Positions 1 to 10,734 are shown, counted from the stretch's first letter. The stretch: 64,000 nucleotides of DNA from an uncultured virus (IMG/VR IMGVR_UViG_3300025131_000020) (IMGVR_UViG_3300025131_000020), one strand, 5' to 3'. Notes: generated from the sequence alone by a model not told the origin. Made by a program: numbers and translations.

Positions 1-27
1 TAGGGACTTATGTATGCACACAGTCAT
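1..27 (-). CDS. 5' end of a downstream gene running off the window (MTVCIHKSL...)
   Basis: ATG at 27-25 with an open frame to position 1, just downstream of a TGTACA-N17-TATGAT promoter-like element. Confidence 0.45.
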
Positions 28-36
28 AGTGATTAT

Positions 37-65
37 ATCATAATAACTCTATCAAGCAATGTACA
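37..65 (-). promoter_or_regulatory. sigma70-like promoter (TGTACA-N17-TATGAT)
   Basis: -35-like hexamer at 65-60, -10 TATGAT at 42-37, exact 17-nt spacer; same architecture at four other sites in the window. Confidence 0.55.
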
Positions 66-80
66 TCAATTCATCGGGCT

Positions 81-3000
81 TCAGAGCGAGTCAAGAATCT
101 CGTCCGTGCGGGCTTTCTTTTGGTCGTATGTCATACTTTGATCTGCCCAGATCTCCTTGAGTTCAACTTGTAATGCTGCCCTGTCCTCTCTTTCTGCATC
201 AGCAGCTATCTCAATCGGAACCGATCTCCATCGAGCCCATCTTCTTGAATCATCAACAGATTGTTCAATATCAGCAGCCACACCTCTAGGGACACGTGTT
301 GAATCCTGTGAAGCGTCAGATGAAAGATTGTTTATTGTCTCTCTTGATTCACCGCTGCCGGCAGTCGCAGAAGTCTGATCAAGAAGTGAAAGCGTTGAAG
401 CAAGATTTGCCCTAATTGAATCAACAGTTGCATTTTGACCTGCCGGATAGAAACTCAGATCAGTTGTGAAAGTTCCCGGGCTTATGTTGTGTGTAACATC
501 TCTAACAGTAAAGATATTATCTGCAGTCGTTCCAGTCTTTAGATCTAGATAGAATTGCTGACCGTAGTGGAACATTGGATTTCCCAAGCTTGAAGCCTTT
601 GCAGTAACTGGAACAACTGTAACCTCATCTATTCCTGATGTGTTTGTTCCCTGCTCTTGCGGGTCATCATCATCATCTCTGAATGTATCTGATAACAGTG
701 CGTCAAATAAGGCACCGCTTGACATACCGCTTATGCTTACACTGCTAAACGGACTAAATGCTGTTCCAAACTGAACAGTAGGAACTGTCTTTCTTAGATA
801 GTCATGAATTGCCTCTCTAGACACAGCTGCTGCCATCCTTTGTATAGAGGCTTCTGCTGGGTCATCTTGCACAGGAGCTCTAGGCTCTATAAGTTCGGCA
901 TCGAGCACACCCCGTAAAATTTCTGCTCCCTGGCCAACATTATCGGCACCTGTTGTGCTCATCGAAAATACTGCGGGTGCTTCACCAGCTGTGATGGTAT
1001 CTAAGACAAGTTGCTCTCCGGGATGAGAAGATGAATTTGAATCCATAACATGAATTCTCAATATTGTCTTATTTCTATTTACAGATGGAACACCCCCTGC
1101 TGACGAATAAACTAAAGCGGGCACCGCCTCATACAAAAATTTCAATCTTGGTATTTTAAATCTCGGGCGCCACATTCCTAGCTTATGCATCCTTTTAGCC
1201 TGGAATGTTCTCATGTCGTATGCACTTTTGTTTATATCTTCTAGCCTAGTGTCTAGCCTAGTGAGCTCAGCTGAAAGAGCAGCTTCATCTTCTTCGTGCT
1301 CTTCTCTTGCTGCAACACGAGCTTCTCTCACTGCCTCTCTTTCAGCATCGAGCCTCTCTTGGTCCTCTCTTTGTTCTGAATATATGTCTTTGAATCCATA
1401 CGCTTGTGCAGCCCCGTTGTTTACAAACCTTGCAAGAATTGTCTCAATTCTGCTTGTTGTTAGATTCGAATTTGAATCAACAGCGTCTACTATTCTCTGA
1501 AAAAATGCAGAAAATCTAATTGGAAAATCAGACACAGGCCTTGATTGCATAGCACCAGAGCATTCATTAAAAGTATAAAATAAAACCTGAACCTCGTCAA
1601 ATCTTCCAGTTGCAGCAAGAGGGTGACCGACCATTACTGTGACTAGCTTCCCTAAAGAGACCCAGTCACCGTTTCCGAGACCATCCGGCTCTATAGGGGG
1701 TGCAGGAGATTCCTCCTCTTCTTCCTCTTCCTCCTCTTCATCATCTCTCCTAGATGTGTCGATAAGGGTTCCTAGAAGTGCATCTGACATTGCTGCGGAG
1801 CTTAGATCGTGATCTGCACCTCTCGACTGTCCCCACATTCCGTAAGTTATGTCTGCAAATCTAAGAAAGCTCATATCTTTCTGATCTGCAAATGGAATAA
1901 CGTTTGTTAGAAATGGATCGTCTGTAGCGGTAGTAGTGGGATTTAAATTTCCCATAATATTTCCAAGAATAGACTGAACGGTGGATGCATTTCCATCTAC
2001 TCCAAGATACTCTGGTGCTGTTGCGTGAAGAGCGTCCAGGATCTCACGCATTGCTCGTCTGATTATGTCTTCAGTGGCTGTCTCAGTATCAAGTTTTTCT
2101 GATAAATGCCTTAAATCATCATATGTTTTTCTCGGAATCATCTGTTGATTTCCGGCATCAGATACAGAAACTGTCTGAATATTTCTTATCTCTTCTGTAA
2201 TATTTCCCCCTAAAGTCTCTAATCTAAGAAGAGTCGCATTAACATCTCTAATCAGTGAGTTTAAAAGAGAAATATGAACATGATCTCCCGTACAGACATG
2301 TGTAACCTTTGATTCCTCACCACCCATAGATCCCATCTCAAGTGTAATTTTAATCTGACCGGTTTGGTCCATATTATAGTTTCCCCTAATGAGTCTATAT
2401 TTTCCAACACACCTAAGAGAGTTTAAAAATGAACCCCACGGACTTCCAGTAAGCAAATCTGAATTGGGGTGTGACCATCCATATTCTATAAGTGATTCGA
2501 CCTGGCCAAATGATGCAGGTGAGATAAAGTATGCAATTTCTCCCAATCTTGTTCTATCATGAAGTGTTATGTTTACAGTTGCGCGCTTAAATCCAATTAG
2601 TCCAAATCCAGACTGATACTCCTTTATTGATACACTATTAAGTGTCATAAGGGGCTGGGCTGGATCAAGAACCTTAACAGATCTTTCTTGATTTATATCC
2701 ATATTCACAAGAGTCTGAGGTGATGTGAATAGCTCCATTCCTGTTCTGGTTTTAGTTGCTACATCCATGTTTGAGACACTAGCCATTAGCCCAGTGAGAT
2801 CTCGCTGGAGTATGCCAAATGGAGACGTCTCAAAGACTGATGAACCAGGTTCTATTGCATTTGCAAGTGAAAAATCAGAAGTCCATGGGAGAACAGATCC
2901 ATCAGTCAAAAATGATATCATATTAGACCTGGTCACGATGCCAGTTCCGGTACCTGATCTTTCCATAGTGGGCCTGTTAATAATAAAATTCACCCTTAAG

Positions 3001-4223
3001 AATGGAGAGCAGAGAGACATCTCAGTTGTGGGAACACCTGCTGAAAATAAAGCAGCCTGAGAGACATGTCTTGAGGCAGGATTAAAATGTCTATTACTTA
3101 TAACAAACACAGCTAGCGACGGATATAACAGGCGGCTGGGATCATCTGGCCTTCCGTTTACTTTAAAGTTGTCTCTATACATTCCAGATGGGATCGGGGT
3201 GGTATTTGGATTTATACCAAAATTATTCGCTATCACGAACGTGAGGGTGATGAGAAAGTTCCTAATACATTCATCTCTATTAGTGGGCTCTAAGAGCCAA
3301 TCACTGAAGTCCGTGTAACTGTCACCGAGCTGGTTGTCTAGATTTTCAATGATAGAAGCTACTGTTACAGCAGGATTTAACACTGGATTTATATCACGTT
3401 CACCGAGCTTCAGTTTAAAATCGTCCCCACCACCTACTGGATTTTGGAAAGTCATCTCTAGCTCGCCGTTCTGCTTGTCTAGGACGTTTACTGTTCCTGT
3501 TTGGTTCTGAATATCTTCAATAACATCCAGAAGCCTGGTGGGCCACCAGCTGTTATCGAATACGGGCCACGTCATGTACTCATCAGCCTGAATCATATCC
3601 CTTATGCTTATTGGAAAATCTCCATCATCCTCTGCATTTCCCAAAGCTCTTGATATAGATCCCCTAAGCGTATGGGGAGATTTTCCAGAAAGGTGGAACT
3701 GCGACATGCCATCGTCATTAATTGACGGAACTCCAATTTGAGCTCGACTTGCTGCAAGTAAATTACCCATCTTGTCCTCGAAATCTGGGGGAACGGATGC
3801 GGCTGCATACTGAGAAAGTGTGGGCTGTGTGTATGCTTGTGTACCCCATTGGATCAAGGTTTCATCTCTAAGATCCTCAAAGTACATTCTAATAATTGGT
3901 GCCAGTGTGTATTGTGAATTCTTGAGAAACGTGTTCAGATCTTTCGAAAACATTGCACCATTTGAAATGTCAAGAAATATCTCAAGAAGCTGTACTGAGT
4001 CTTGTGAGGAGGTTCCCAGATGTGCACCTCCGAATTTATGTGCAGCTCCTGCAGCCTCCGCAGCAGCCGCTGTTGGAAACTGTGTTCCAATAAGCTCAGT
4101 GTCTGGTTCGCTGTGAGCTGAGCTCCACTGGGAGATGTCTGGTGACTTTTGTCTAAATGCGATGTACTGTGAAAGCTCTTTTACGAGCGTGTAAGAGGTG
4201 ATTGGAAGCTTTTTTTCAGACAT
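81..4223 (-). CDS. Large baseplate hub-like protein (gp27/gpD-like fold suspected), 1380 aa
   Basis: Follows the LysM/gp53-like gene; segments FKRATVNITLHD..IEYGWS and GNPMFHYGQQFYLDLKTGTTADNIFTVRDVTHNISPGTFTTDLSF resemble hub beta-barrel signatures; poly-Glu and coiled-coil inserts. Confidence 0.55.
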   Translation of the reverse strand: MSEKKLPITSYTLVKELSQYIAFRQKSPDISQWSSAHSEPDTELIGTQFPTAAAAEAAGAAHKFGGAHLGTSSQDSVQLLEIFLDISNGAMFSKDLNTFLKNSQYTLAPIIRMYFEDLRDETLIQWGTQAYTQPTLSQYAAASVPPDFEDKMGNLLAASRAQIGVPSINDDGMSQFHLSGKSPHTLRGSISRALGNAEDDGDFPISIRDMIQADEYMTWPVFDNSWWPTRLLDVIEDIQNQTGTVNVLDKQNGELEMTFQNPVGGGDDFKLKLGERDINPVLNPAVTVASIIENLDNQLGDSYTDFSDWLLEPTNRDECIRNFLITLTFVIANNFGINPNTTPIPSGMYRDNFKVNGRPDDPSRLLYPSLAVFVISNRHFNPASRHVSQAALFSAGVPTTEMSLCSPFLRVNFIINRPTMERSGTGTGIVTRSNMISFLTDGSVLPWTSDFSLANAIEPGSSVFETSPFGILQRDLTGLMASVSNMDVATKTRTGMELFTSPQTLVNMDINQERSVKVLDPAQPLMTLNSVSIKEYQSGFGLIGFKRATVNITLHDRTRLGEIAYFISPASFGQVESLIEYGWSHPNSDLLTGSPWGSFLNSLRCVGKYRLIRGNYNMDQTGQIKITLEMGSMGGEESKVTHVCTGDHVHISLLNSLIRDVNATLLRLETLGGNITEEIRNIQTVSVSDAGNQQMIPRKTYDDLRHLSEKLDTETATEDIIRRAMREILDALHATAPEYLGVDGNASTVQSILGNIMGNLNPTTTATDDPFLTNVIPFADQKDMSFLRFADITYGMWGQSRGADHDLSSAAMSDALLGTLIDTSRRDDEEEEEEEEEESPAPPIEPDGLGNGDWVSLGKLVTVMVGHPLAATGRFDEVQVLFYTFNECSGAMQSRPVSDFPIRFSAFFQRIVDAVDSNSNLTTSRIETILARFVNNGAAQAYGFKDIYSEQREDQERLDAEREAVREARVAAREEHEEDEAALSAELTRLDTRLEDINKSAYDMRTFQAKRMHKLGMWRPRFKIPRLKFLYEAVPALVYSSAGGVPSVNRNKTILRIHVMDSNSSSHPGEQLVLDTITAGEAPAVFSMSTTGADNVGQGAEILRGVLDAELIEPRAPVQDDPAEASIQRMAAAVSREAIHDYLRKTVPTVQFGTAFSPFSSVSISGMSSGALFDALLSDTFRDDDDDPQEQGTNTSGIDEVTVVPVTAKASSLGNPMFHYGQQFYLDLKTGTTADNIFTVRDVTHNISPGTFTTDLSFYPAGQNATVDSIRANLASTLSLLDQTSATAGSGESRETINNLSSDASQDSTRVPRGVAADIEQSVDDSRRWARWRSVPIEIAADAEREDRAALQVELKEIWADQSMTYDQKKARTDEILDSL

Positions 4224-4231
4224 TCCGCACC

Positions 4232-4525
4232 CTACACAAATCTCATCACTGATCCAGGATTATCAGGTATTGTTAAGAGTGTTCCAGCTGGAACTTGAAG
4301 ACCCCATCCTATTCCAGATGCAGCTGCAATAATCCACCAAAGACTTCCAACTCCGTAGATCTGTCCGGCTATAGTATCAAGCCTCTGTCCCTCTGATAGG
4401 ACTCTAGTTGAATAAGCAATTGAATTAGTTAAGACTGCACTCCTGATGTTTGCTGAAACACTGCTTGTTGCAAACCCCCTTCCAGAGTTAATCAATGGAT
4501 TATTTGTGTATCTTCCTATAGCCAT
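4232..4525 (-). CDS. LysM-like baseplate wedge protein (T4 gp53 / P2 gpX type)
   Basis: 97 aa with GQRLDTIAGQIYG..SLWWIIAAAS..GLQVPAGTLLTIP; canonical position after the tube initiator. Confidence 0.8.
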   Translation of the reverse strand: MAIGRYTNNPLINSGRGFATSSVSANIRSAVLTNSIAYSTRVLSEGQRLDTIAGQIYGVGSLWWIIAAASGIGWGLQVPAGTLLTIPDNPGSVMRFV

Positions 4526-4530
4526 TTTAC

Positions 4531-7500
4531 CTACTCATTCTTAAAGTTTTTTCTGTGCTCAAAGTCATAGGTCTCACTAGATGACTGACCGCCGTCATCA
4601 TATGCATCGCCAGACATTGCATGCGATAGTTTTCCAACATTGTAAATAGGTGCTCTGTTGAATCCCTCATGATCAATTCCCGGCGGAATATCGTGAATCG
4701 GAGCAAATGTAACTGTCACCTTGCAGACCTGGGGAGCTCTTGATCCCCAGTCTATTTCCCAGGGTGTATTCTCTGTCAGCCAGTCAAACTTGAGACCCTT
4801 TATAACCCCTGCAAGGCCGCGACCTCTCGTAGACTCAAAAGATTTAACTATTGCATTGTTTCCGGCACTAAGAAATCTCATCTCCTCAGAAAGAGCTATA
4901 CCGACTCCAGAGGCATCAACTCCAAGTGCCTTTGCACCTTCATTGATAAGATTTCCTGCAAATGCTTCTATTGCTGCGCCTGGATTAAGAACTGGCATCA
5001 TGTATCTAGAGAATGTGTCATTAGGATTGTGAATAATATCTGAATGTGAAACTTGAAGCTCTGCACCAAATAGTCCCTTTGGAACATTAAAGTCTATAAT
5101 TTTCATTCTATACATCGTAATTGTTCTTGACTTATCGTTATCTCTGTTCTTTCTAGTATTGCTATTTTCTATCTGAGTCGCTGTTCTTCCAGTAACTATG
5201 CAAAGAACAGGTCGAGAAAATCTAACTTTCTTTATAGCTTTGAAATCTTCACCGTCCTTTGAAATTACTCTATAGCTTTTTGCCTGTGATGCTTTAACAT
5301 ACACCCTTGTTCCAAAAATTCTATTTTTTGCGACCCTTCCTGCAGCGTAGCCGTCCTTGCTGGTTCCAAATGAAGATATTTTACTACCAACTCTTCCAAG
5401 AATATTTCCAGCTGAGATTGCCGACTCTGCGGGATCATTGTCTGGATCATTATATCTTCTTAAGATAACGTTTAAGATTGGATGTGCAAATCCGTTCACA
5501 AGAAGCTTTGATCCGGCTGATTGTAAACCGCCTAGCGCAGTACTTCCCATTGCACTCTTAACATTAGAAATTCCTGAAGCTAGGTCTCCTCCGGCAAGCG
5601 CTGCTGCTGACATAGGGCTACCAAATGCTCCAAAAAATATCTTTAAAAATATTTCATCCATGTCTGGCATCAAACCAGAAAGCGCACCACCGATTCCTCC
5701 TCCTCTTAAAAAATCGCCAAAAGCGCCGAGACCGGAGACTGGAGACTTAAGACTCACTTGAGACTCACCGACACCAAAAATTCTTCCAAGATTAAATTTA
5801 GAGTAATTTCCCTTAATCAAATCACCAATTCTCACCCTGACCAAGGGTGTTGAACCGATAACCTGACTAAAGGGCTGTATAAAGGTAGACTCTCCATCAT
5901 TAACTCTTCCTCCGCGAAGAAGATCTCCCATAGTCCACTGTGGATACACAAGTGTGGTCAGCTTGTTTATCTTAAGCCACATCTCGTCAAAATCCTCAGG
6001 AGATGTTGCAGCAACTGTGAAAGAGAATGAAATGTCCCTCTTTGTGCTGGAATATGTTTGAACAGCGTCAAGCCTTCCATAGCCTGTAGTTTCTGTAAAA
6101 TTTGCCGTAAATCCGTCTTGGAGTGTCTCTAAGAAAGCGTGAAAAGAAGTAATCTCATTCGTCCTGATATCGTGAAAGTAAAATGGAACGTATTCTGCAT
6201 CTAAAAGATCTTCCATCCTGTGAACAACAGCAGATGGTATTCTTTTTCCACCCTCTATGTCCCTACCTGTATAGACTTTCTTTCCAGAAGGTGAGGATAG
6301 AATTCTAGTTGGGTTTGTGTCTGTAGTTCCCATTCCCATTCTAGTTGATGCCCTAATGACGCCGACAGGAAGAACAAAGGATGAAGGTGTTGCAGATGTT
6401 CTCATTGACAAAGCAGAAACATTGTGACCATCTGATGTTCTACTCTTTGAAACTCTTGTAGTAGGTCCATCTGGTAGATCATCTACAGACCAGGGATTTT
6501 TCCCACTAGGTAGGCCAAATGCTTTTGAATTCGAAATATCTATCTTTCTCTTAATGTCTCCAACAATTGCAAGAGAATTAAGAATTCCTATCACACGAGT
6601 CTTCCCAAGCTTCATAACAATTGATTGAGCATCACTATCAGAATCATATGATTCAGCAAGATCCGCCATAAGCTTATTAAGACTATCCACAGACAAGAGA
6701 ATTGATCTTGCAAGAGCAAGACTAAATCCGGGTGAATCTTTAACTATCTGAGCATTCTTTCCAATTCCTTCTATCTGATTTCTACTCTCTATCTGAGATA
6801 AGTTTTTTGTAAGGCCGAGCATAAACTTTGCTCCCTCATTAACACACCTCTGATAAGATCCCTCTGTTGGAACAAGAACTGAATTCATGATCACTGACAT
6901 CTTGTACTGAATGTAGCTTCTGTGCTCTCCTGACAGCATAGGAGATCTTGGTGACTCAACTTTAGAATTTATTTTTGCAGAGCTTTCAAGAGCAATATTT
7001 TTAAATGTGTCTATTGCAAGAAGTGCTGTCTTTATCGCTGCAACAGCTCTTGCCCTAAGATACTTTTTAGATCCAGGGTCAAAAGAGAATGTACCTTCTC
7101 CGGTCATAGATCCAAATGAAGTAGAATTTTCAGTCGGAGCTCCCGATAAGAATGATCCCCTACCAGATCTAACTGAATCTCCAGAGTTCATTACTGGAAA
7201 ACCTTCAGCGTCTCTAGCCCTAAGATCTTCTGGATCTTTTTTATTAGTTGGAACTGTACTTGTTAGATCTTTCTCTGGATATTTTTCACTATCAATGATA
7301 CCTGCAGAGGTTTTTAAGAGTGACTCACCAATCTCTTCAAGCGACTCAAGGCTAATTGTCTCAGTTCCATCATATCTTCCAAACTTTCTCTGGGTTGTAA
7401 GTGTGGGTTCAGAATTGAAATCATCTGACTCCTTTCCCCTTTCAACAAATGCATCACCCTCTACTCTTGCTGCAGGTGAAAACCTATTATTTTCTCTAAG

Positions 7501-8055
7501 AATATTTACAGATGACCTAATAAGAGGGTCAATATTTGCCATAGACGGGTCTACAGCAACATGGAGCTTTCCATGAGTATCTATTGGCTTTCCACCAACA
7601 TCGTGAAGTAGTGTGTGACCGTCTTCACCTGAAGTTTTGTCTACTATCTCAGCAAGTGTAACACTTTCTTGATCAAATTTTCCACTATTTGAATATTGTG
7701 AAAGTGACATTGATGACTGATCACCCCCTGTTGACTCAACAAATACCCTATTTGCTCCTTGATTTTCAGCAGGAGGTAAAGAGTCTCCCCTGTTTGTGGG
7801 AGCAGCCTGAGAATTGCCTGGGCTAACATTAAATACGACGTCTGAATTTTCCTGAATGAAACTAAGATAGTCACCAAGTAGGCCAGCATCAGCAGAACTT
7901 AGATCAACTAGCTCCTTACCTGTATTCGGGTCAATCCCAAGATCATCTCCTCTGCTTACAGATCCGTCGCCGTTGTCATCTCTCACGACGTAAGATACAG
8001 AATCGGCTCCGCTTCCGATAGAAGTTAAAAAATCTCTTAAAGTTTCTCTGGCCAC
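4531..8055 (-). CDS. Baseplate tail-tube initiator-like protein (gp48/gp54 type domain) with long extensions, 1174 aa
   Basis: Core FYFHDIRTNEITSFHAFLETLQDGFTANF..GYGRLDAVQTYSSTKRDISFSFTVAA..KINKLTTLVYP and C-terminal RAPQVCKVTVTFAPIHD; between tape measure and LysM genes. Confidence 0.6.
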   Translation of the reverse strand: MARETLRDFLTSIGSGADSVSYVVRDDNGDGSVSRGDDLGIDPNTGKELVDLSSADAGLLGDYLSFIQENSDVVFNVSPGNSQAAPTNRGDSLPPAENQGANRVFVESTGGDQSSMSLSQYSNSGKFDQESVTLAEIVDKTSGEDGHTLLHDVGGKPIDTHGKLHVAVDPSMANIDPLIRSSVNILRENNRFSPAARVEGDAFVERGKESDDFNSEPTLTTQRKFGRYDGTETISLESLEEIGESLLKTSAGIIDSEKYPEKDLTSTVPTNKKDPEDLRARDAEGFPVMNSGDSVRSGRGSFLSGAPTENSTSFGSMTGEGTFSFDPGSKKYLRARAVAAIKTALLAIDTFKNIALESSAKINSKVESPRSPMLSGEHRSYIQYKMSVIMNSVLVPTEGSYQRCVNEGAKFMLGLTKNLSQIESRNQIEGIGKNAQIVKDSPGFSLALARSILLSVDSLNKLMADLAESYDSDSDAQSIVMKLGKTRVIGILNSLAIVGDIKRKIDISNSKAFGLPSGKNPWSVDDLPDGPTTRVSKSRTSDGHNVSALSMRTSATPSSFVLPVGVIRASTRMGMGTTDTNPTRILSSPSGKKVYTGRDIEGGKRIPSAVVHRMEDLLDAEYVPFYFHDIRTNEITSFHAFLETLQDGFTANFTETTGYGRLDAVQTYSSTKRDISFSFTVAATSPEDFDEMWLKINKLTTLVYPQWTMGDLLRGGRVNDGESTFIQPFSQVIGSTPLVRVRIGDLIKGNYSKFNLGRIFGVGESQVSLKSPVSGLGAFGDFLRGGGIGGALSGLMPDMDEIFLKIFFGAFGSPMSAAALAGGDLASGISNVKSAMGSTALGGLQSAGSKLLVNGFAHPILNVILRRYNDPDNDPAESAISAGNILGRVGSKISSFGTSKDGYAAGRVAKNRIFGTRVYVKASQAKSYRVISKDGEDFKAIKKVRFSRPVLCIVTGRTATQIENSNTRKNRDNDKSRTITMYRMKIIDFNVPKGLFGAELQVSHSDIIHNPNDTFSRYMMPVLNPGAAIEAFAGNLINEGAKALGVDASGVGIALSEEMRFLSAGNNAIVKSFESTRGRGLAGVIKGLKFDWLTENTPWEIDWGSRAPQVCKVTVTFAPIHDIPPGIDHEGFNRAPIYNVGKLSHAMSGDAYDDGGQSSSETYDFEHRKNFKNE

Positions 8056-8303
8056 TCTATTACCTCTGTTCCAACATTCTCTTCTAGATTACTCATACTT
8101 ATTGCTTTCCCAAGATTGTCAACAAACTCTATGACAGATTCCTCATCTTTAAGACTTGATTGAATTGCATTAAGTGATCTATTGAAATTTTCAATAATTG
8201 ACTTCATTTCAGAAAGTAGCTGATCCTTCTGTTCATCTGTAAGCTCTTCGAGCAAGCTCTGCATCTCTTTGTCTCTTTCAAATTCTAAAAGAATATCACT
8301 CAC
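8037..8303 (-). CDS. Hypothetical acidic helical protein, 88 aa
   Basis: Overlaps both neighbours (GTGA-type coupling with tape measure), GAGAGG upstream. Confidence 0.6.
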   Translation of the reverse strand: MSDILLEFERDKEMQSLLEELTDEQKDQLLSEMKSIIENFNRSLNAIQSSLKDEESVIEFVDNLGKAISMSNLEENVGTEVIEWPEKL

Positions 8304-10450
8304 GATATCACCTCTCTCACAAAGTCAACACCTCCGACATCTGGTGCATTAATAAGCTGGTTCTTTATCTCTGTAATGTCAGAATCACCAAGTTTGACAG
8401 TTAGATTCATATTTATGGGCCTTTCAGCTTGATTTCCCCCTGCTGTAGACATCCTCTGAACTGTGTCTCTAAGGGCTGATATAGCTTCTCTGATGTCACT
8501 TGATGCCCTTGCTGATGTTTCATCAATCTCCTGAGAGCTAATCTGTCTAAATCTCTCTACAACAGCGCTGAAGCCCTCATTGAGTATCTCGGGTGTCGCC
8601 TCTGTCCGGTGCTGCTGGTACACATCTGTAACATGAGTTTGAATATTCTCAGTCACAGAATCCCCAAGCTCTTGAAGCCCACCTGTGATTGGACCACCTT
8701 GCTGCGCGATAAAAGCTGTGTCACCATCAGCAAGAATTATGGGATCTCCGTCAGACGGGACGTATACGTCTCCACCAGGTCGGACATTTACACCCTCTCC
8801 CGCCACAGCTGTGCCTATTCCCACCTCTGGTATTCTTTCACCAATTCTTTTTGCGATTCCAAACCAAAGGTCTTTAGGTGAATCGTTAATACCCGCAAGA
8901 AGATTTCCAGGAATATCTCTTCCTGCATCTCCAAACATGCCACCAACACTTTCCACTGTACTTTCAACACCAGTGATAACAGCAGACTTGGCCTGTCCAA
9001 CAGTTTCAATTAGCTGTCTTCCCATCTCCTCTGGAAGCATTCCTGCAACTGCTTCTGGGACTTTAGTTCCAGCTGTCCGAGCGAACCTGGTCATAGATGC
9101 TTCAGCGACAAGAGAAGAGTTTGACAGCTCGTGAAGGTCTCTCATTGCCATTCTATTGAATACTTCATTTGAAAAGCTATCACCTAGCTCTGAAACCTTT
9201 GTAATTGACTCTGCAAGAGACGCAAGAGATTCCTCTGTCGTGAGGACACCCTCTTCAGCCTGTGCCTCAGTCGCAGCTGTGAGGTCTGCCATGTCGGCAA
9301 CAGCACGATCTGGATCAAATAGTCTGGCTGCAGCCTCAACGTCTAGGTTAGCCTGCTGTGCGAGAAGGTTCTTCTGCTGTTGAGTCAGGTTCTCAAAGTC
9401 GCCGCCTGTCTCAATGAATGCATCTCGCAGCATCATCATAGCGTCAAACGGATCTTGTGATGCTGCCTCCATCATGGACATAGTGTCTAGCTGCATTCCA
9501 AAGACTGTATTTAAGTTTGCAAGTGACTCAGCACCCTGGTCAAAGTTTAGAAATTTATTAGTAACAGCCTGAAGATCCTTGACCTCTAGGCCGATAGATC
9601 TAAGACCACCAATAGTCTCAGCAGCTGTCTCAACAGATACATTTGCAAAGGTCTCAAAATTTGTTCTAATCTCAAGAATTCCCTTTGCAATGACCTTGTT
9701 GGAGTCACCTGTGACCGCAGAGATTGCGTTTGAGTATGTTGTTATCTCACGAAGAATCCCATTGCTGAACTCACCAGACGCACTGAACTGAGCATCCATG
9801 GCGTCCATCATCTCAGTTGCTGTGAATCCAAGACCCTTTGCCATTAGAGCTGATGTCTCTATTTGACGAGCTGCATCATCTCCCATGCTGGCCATAGCTG
9901 CATATCCAGATCCTACTGAATAGTAGATCTCCTCACCAAACGCTGCAAACTCCTCCATAGACCCGAAGTACAATGGAAGGTCTGTAGTGTAGAACCTCTC
10001 GTACATCTCATTGATGGTTCCACCGACACGGTATGCGAAGTTTTCTGAATCAGTTGTAAACTGATCCATTGACTGTGAGTAATCTGCACCTAGTGAATTG
10101 AGAAGCTCAACAAATAAATTCTTCTTATCGCCGAAGAGAGTTGTCAGATTCTTATAGTAAGCGTCGATTCCCTCTTTAGCCTCTGCACCTGTCTTGCTTA
10201 GACTATCAATGATTCCACTAAGTGATGCTGCACCGACAGTGCCAAGAGTCTCCATGGAATTTGTGGCATCATCTGTTGCGCTTTGAAGCTCTCTAATTCT
10301 GGCTGTAGTTTCTCTGATCTGGGCTTGGATCTCAGCACCCTTTTCGCCTGCTTTCTCTTCTTTATTGAGCTTTTTGTAGTCGGCTTCGAGTTGTCGTACA
10401 GCTTCTTGCTCAGCTCGAAGGCTCTGTAAGTTTTCTTCTCTAGTAGTCAT
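8300..10450 (-). CDS. Tail tape measure protein, 716 aa
   Basis: Ala/Glu-rich, coiled-coil/helical; directly downstream of tube and tail assembly chaperone genes. Confidence 0.7.
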   Translation of the reverse strand: MTTREENLQSLRAEQEAVRQLEADYKKLNKEEKAGEKGAEIQAQIRETTARIRELQSATDDATNSMETLGTVGAASLSGIIDSLSKTGAEAKEGIDAYYKNLTTLFGDKKNLFVELLNSLGADYSQSMDQFTTDSENFAYRVGGTINEMYERFYTTDLPLYFGSMEEFAAFGEEIYYSVGSGYAAMASMGDDAARQIETSALMAKGLGFTATEMMDAMDAQFSASGEFSNGILREITTYSNAISAVTGDSNKVIAKGILEIRTNFETFANVSVETAAETIGGLRSIGLEVKDLQAVTNKFLNFDQGAESLANLNTVFGMQLDTMSMMEAASQDPFDAMMMLRDAFIETGGDFENLTQQQKNLLAQQANLDVEAAARLFDPDRAVADMADLTAATEAQAEEGVLTTEESLASLAESITKVSELGDSFSNEVFNRMAMRDLHELSNSSLVAEASMTRFARTAGTKVPEAVAGMLPEEMGRQLIETVGQAKSAVITGVESTVESVGGMFGDAGRDIPGNLLAGINDSPKDLWFGIAKRIGERIPEVGIGTAVAGEGVNVRPGGDVYVPSDGDPIILADGDTAFIAQQGGPITGGLQELGDSVTENIQTHVTDVYQQHRTEATPEILNEGFSAVVERFRQISSQEIDETSARASSDIREAISALRDTVQRMSTAGGNQAERPINMNLTVKLGDSDITEIKNQLINAPDVGGVDFVREVIS

Positions 10451-10468
10451 CTATGATCCCTTAAGCTA

Positions 10469-10475
10469 TAAGTAT
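10469..10475 (-). promoter_or_regulatory. ATANTTA putative late-promoter motif (ATACTTA)
   Basis: 18 nt upstream of tape measure ATG; motif recurs before at least ten genes. Confidence 0.55.
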
Positions 10476-10491
10476 TCAGATCCGGAAAACA

Positions 10492-10734
10492 TCACTTGAA
10501 ACTTCTCTTATCTGAACCCATTAGGTTTACAGTCGGACCTGTGTCCTCTGTGATCATATTTTTCTCTCTAGAAGCCTTCCGCTGCTTGGCATCATCTACG
10601 AGCTTATCAACAAACCACTTTCTATATCTGACAGGCATCCTTCGACACTCTTCGTAGCCCATTCCAAGGTGCTTAATCAGAATATATGCCTCTTCAAGAA
10701 CTGAAGCTCTATAGCTAGACCCTAGGCCAAAAAA
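10492..10734 (-). CDS. Frameshift-accessed C-terminal extension of the tail assembly chaperone (gpT/gp51-like), 80 codons, absent from the ORF track
   Basis: Open frame from the T7 run to TGA at 10494-10492: FFGLGSSYRASVLEEAYILIKHLGMGYEECRRMPVRYRKWFVDKLVDDAKQRKASREK...; fills the gap before the tape measure gene. Confidence 0.7.
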   Translation of the reverse strand, partial: FFGLGSSYRASVLEEAYILIKHLGMGYEECRRMPVRYRKWFVDKLVDDAKQRKASREKNMITEDTGPTVNLMGSDKRSFK

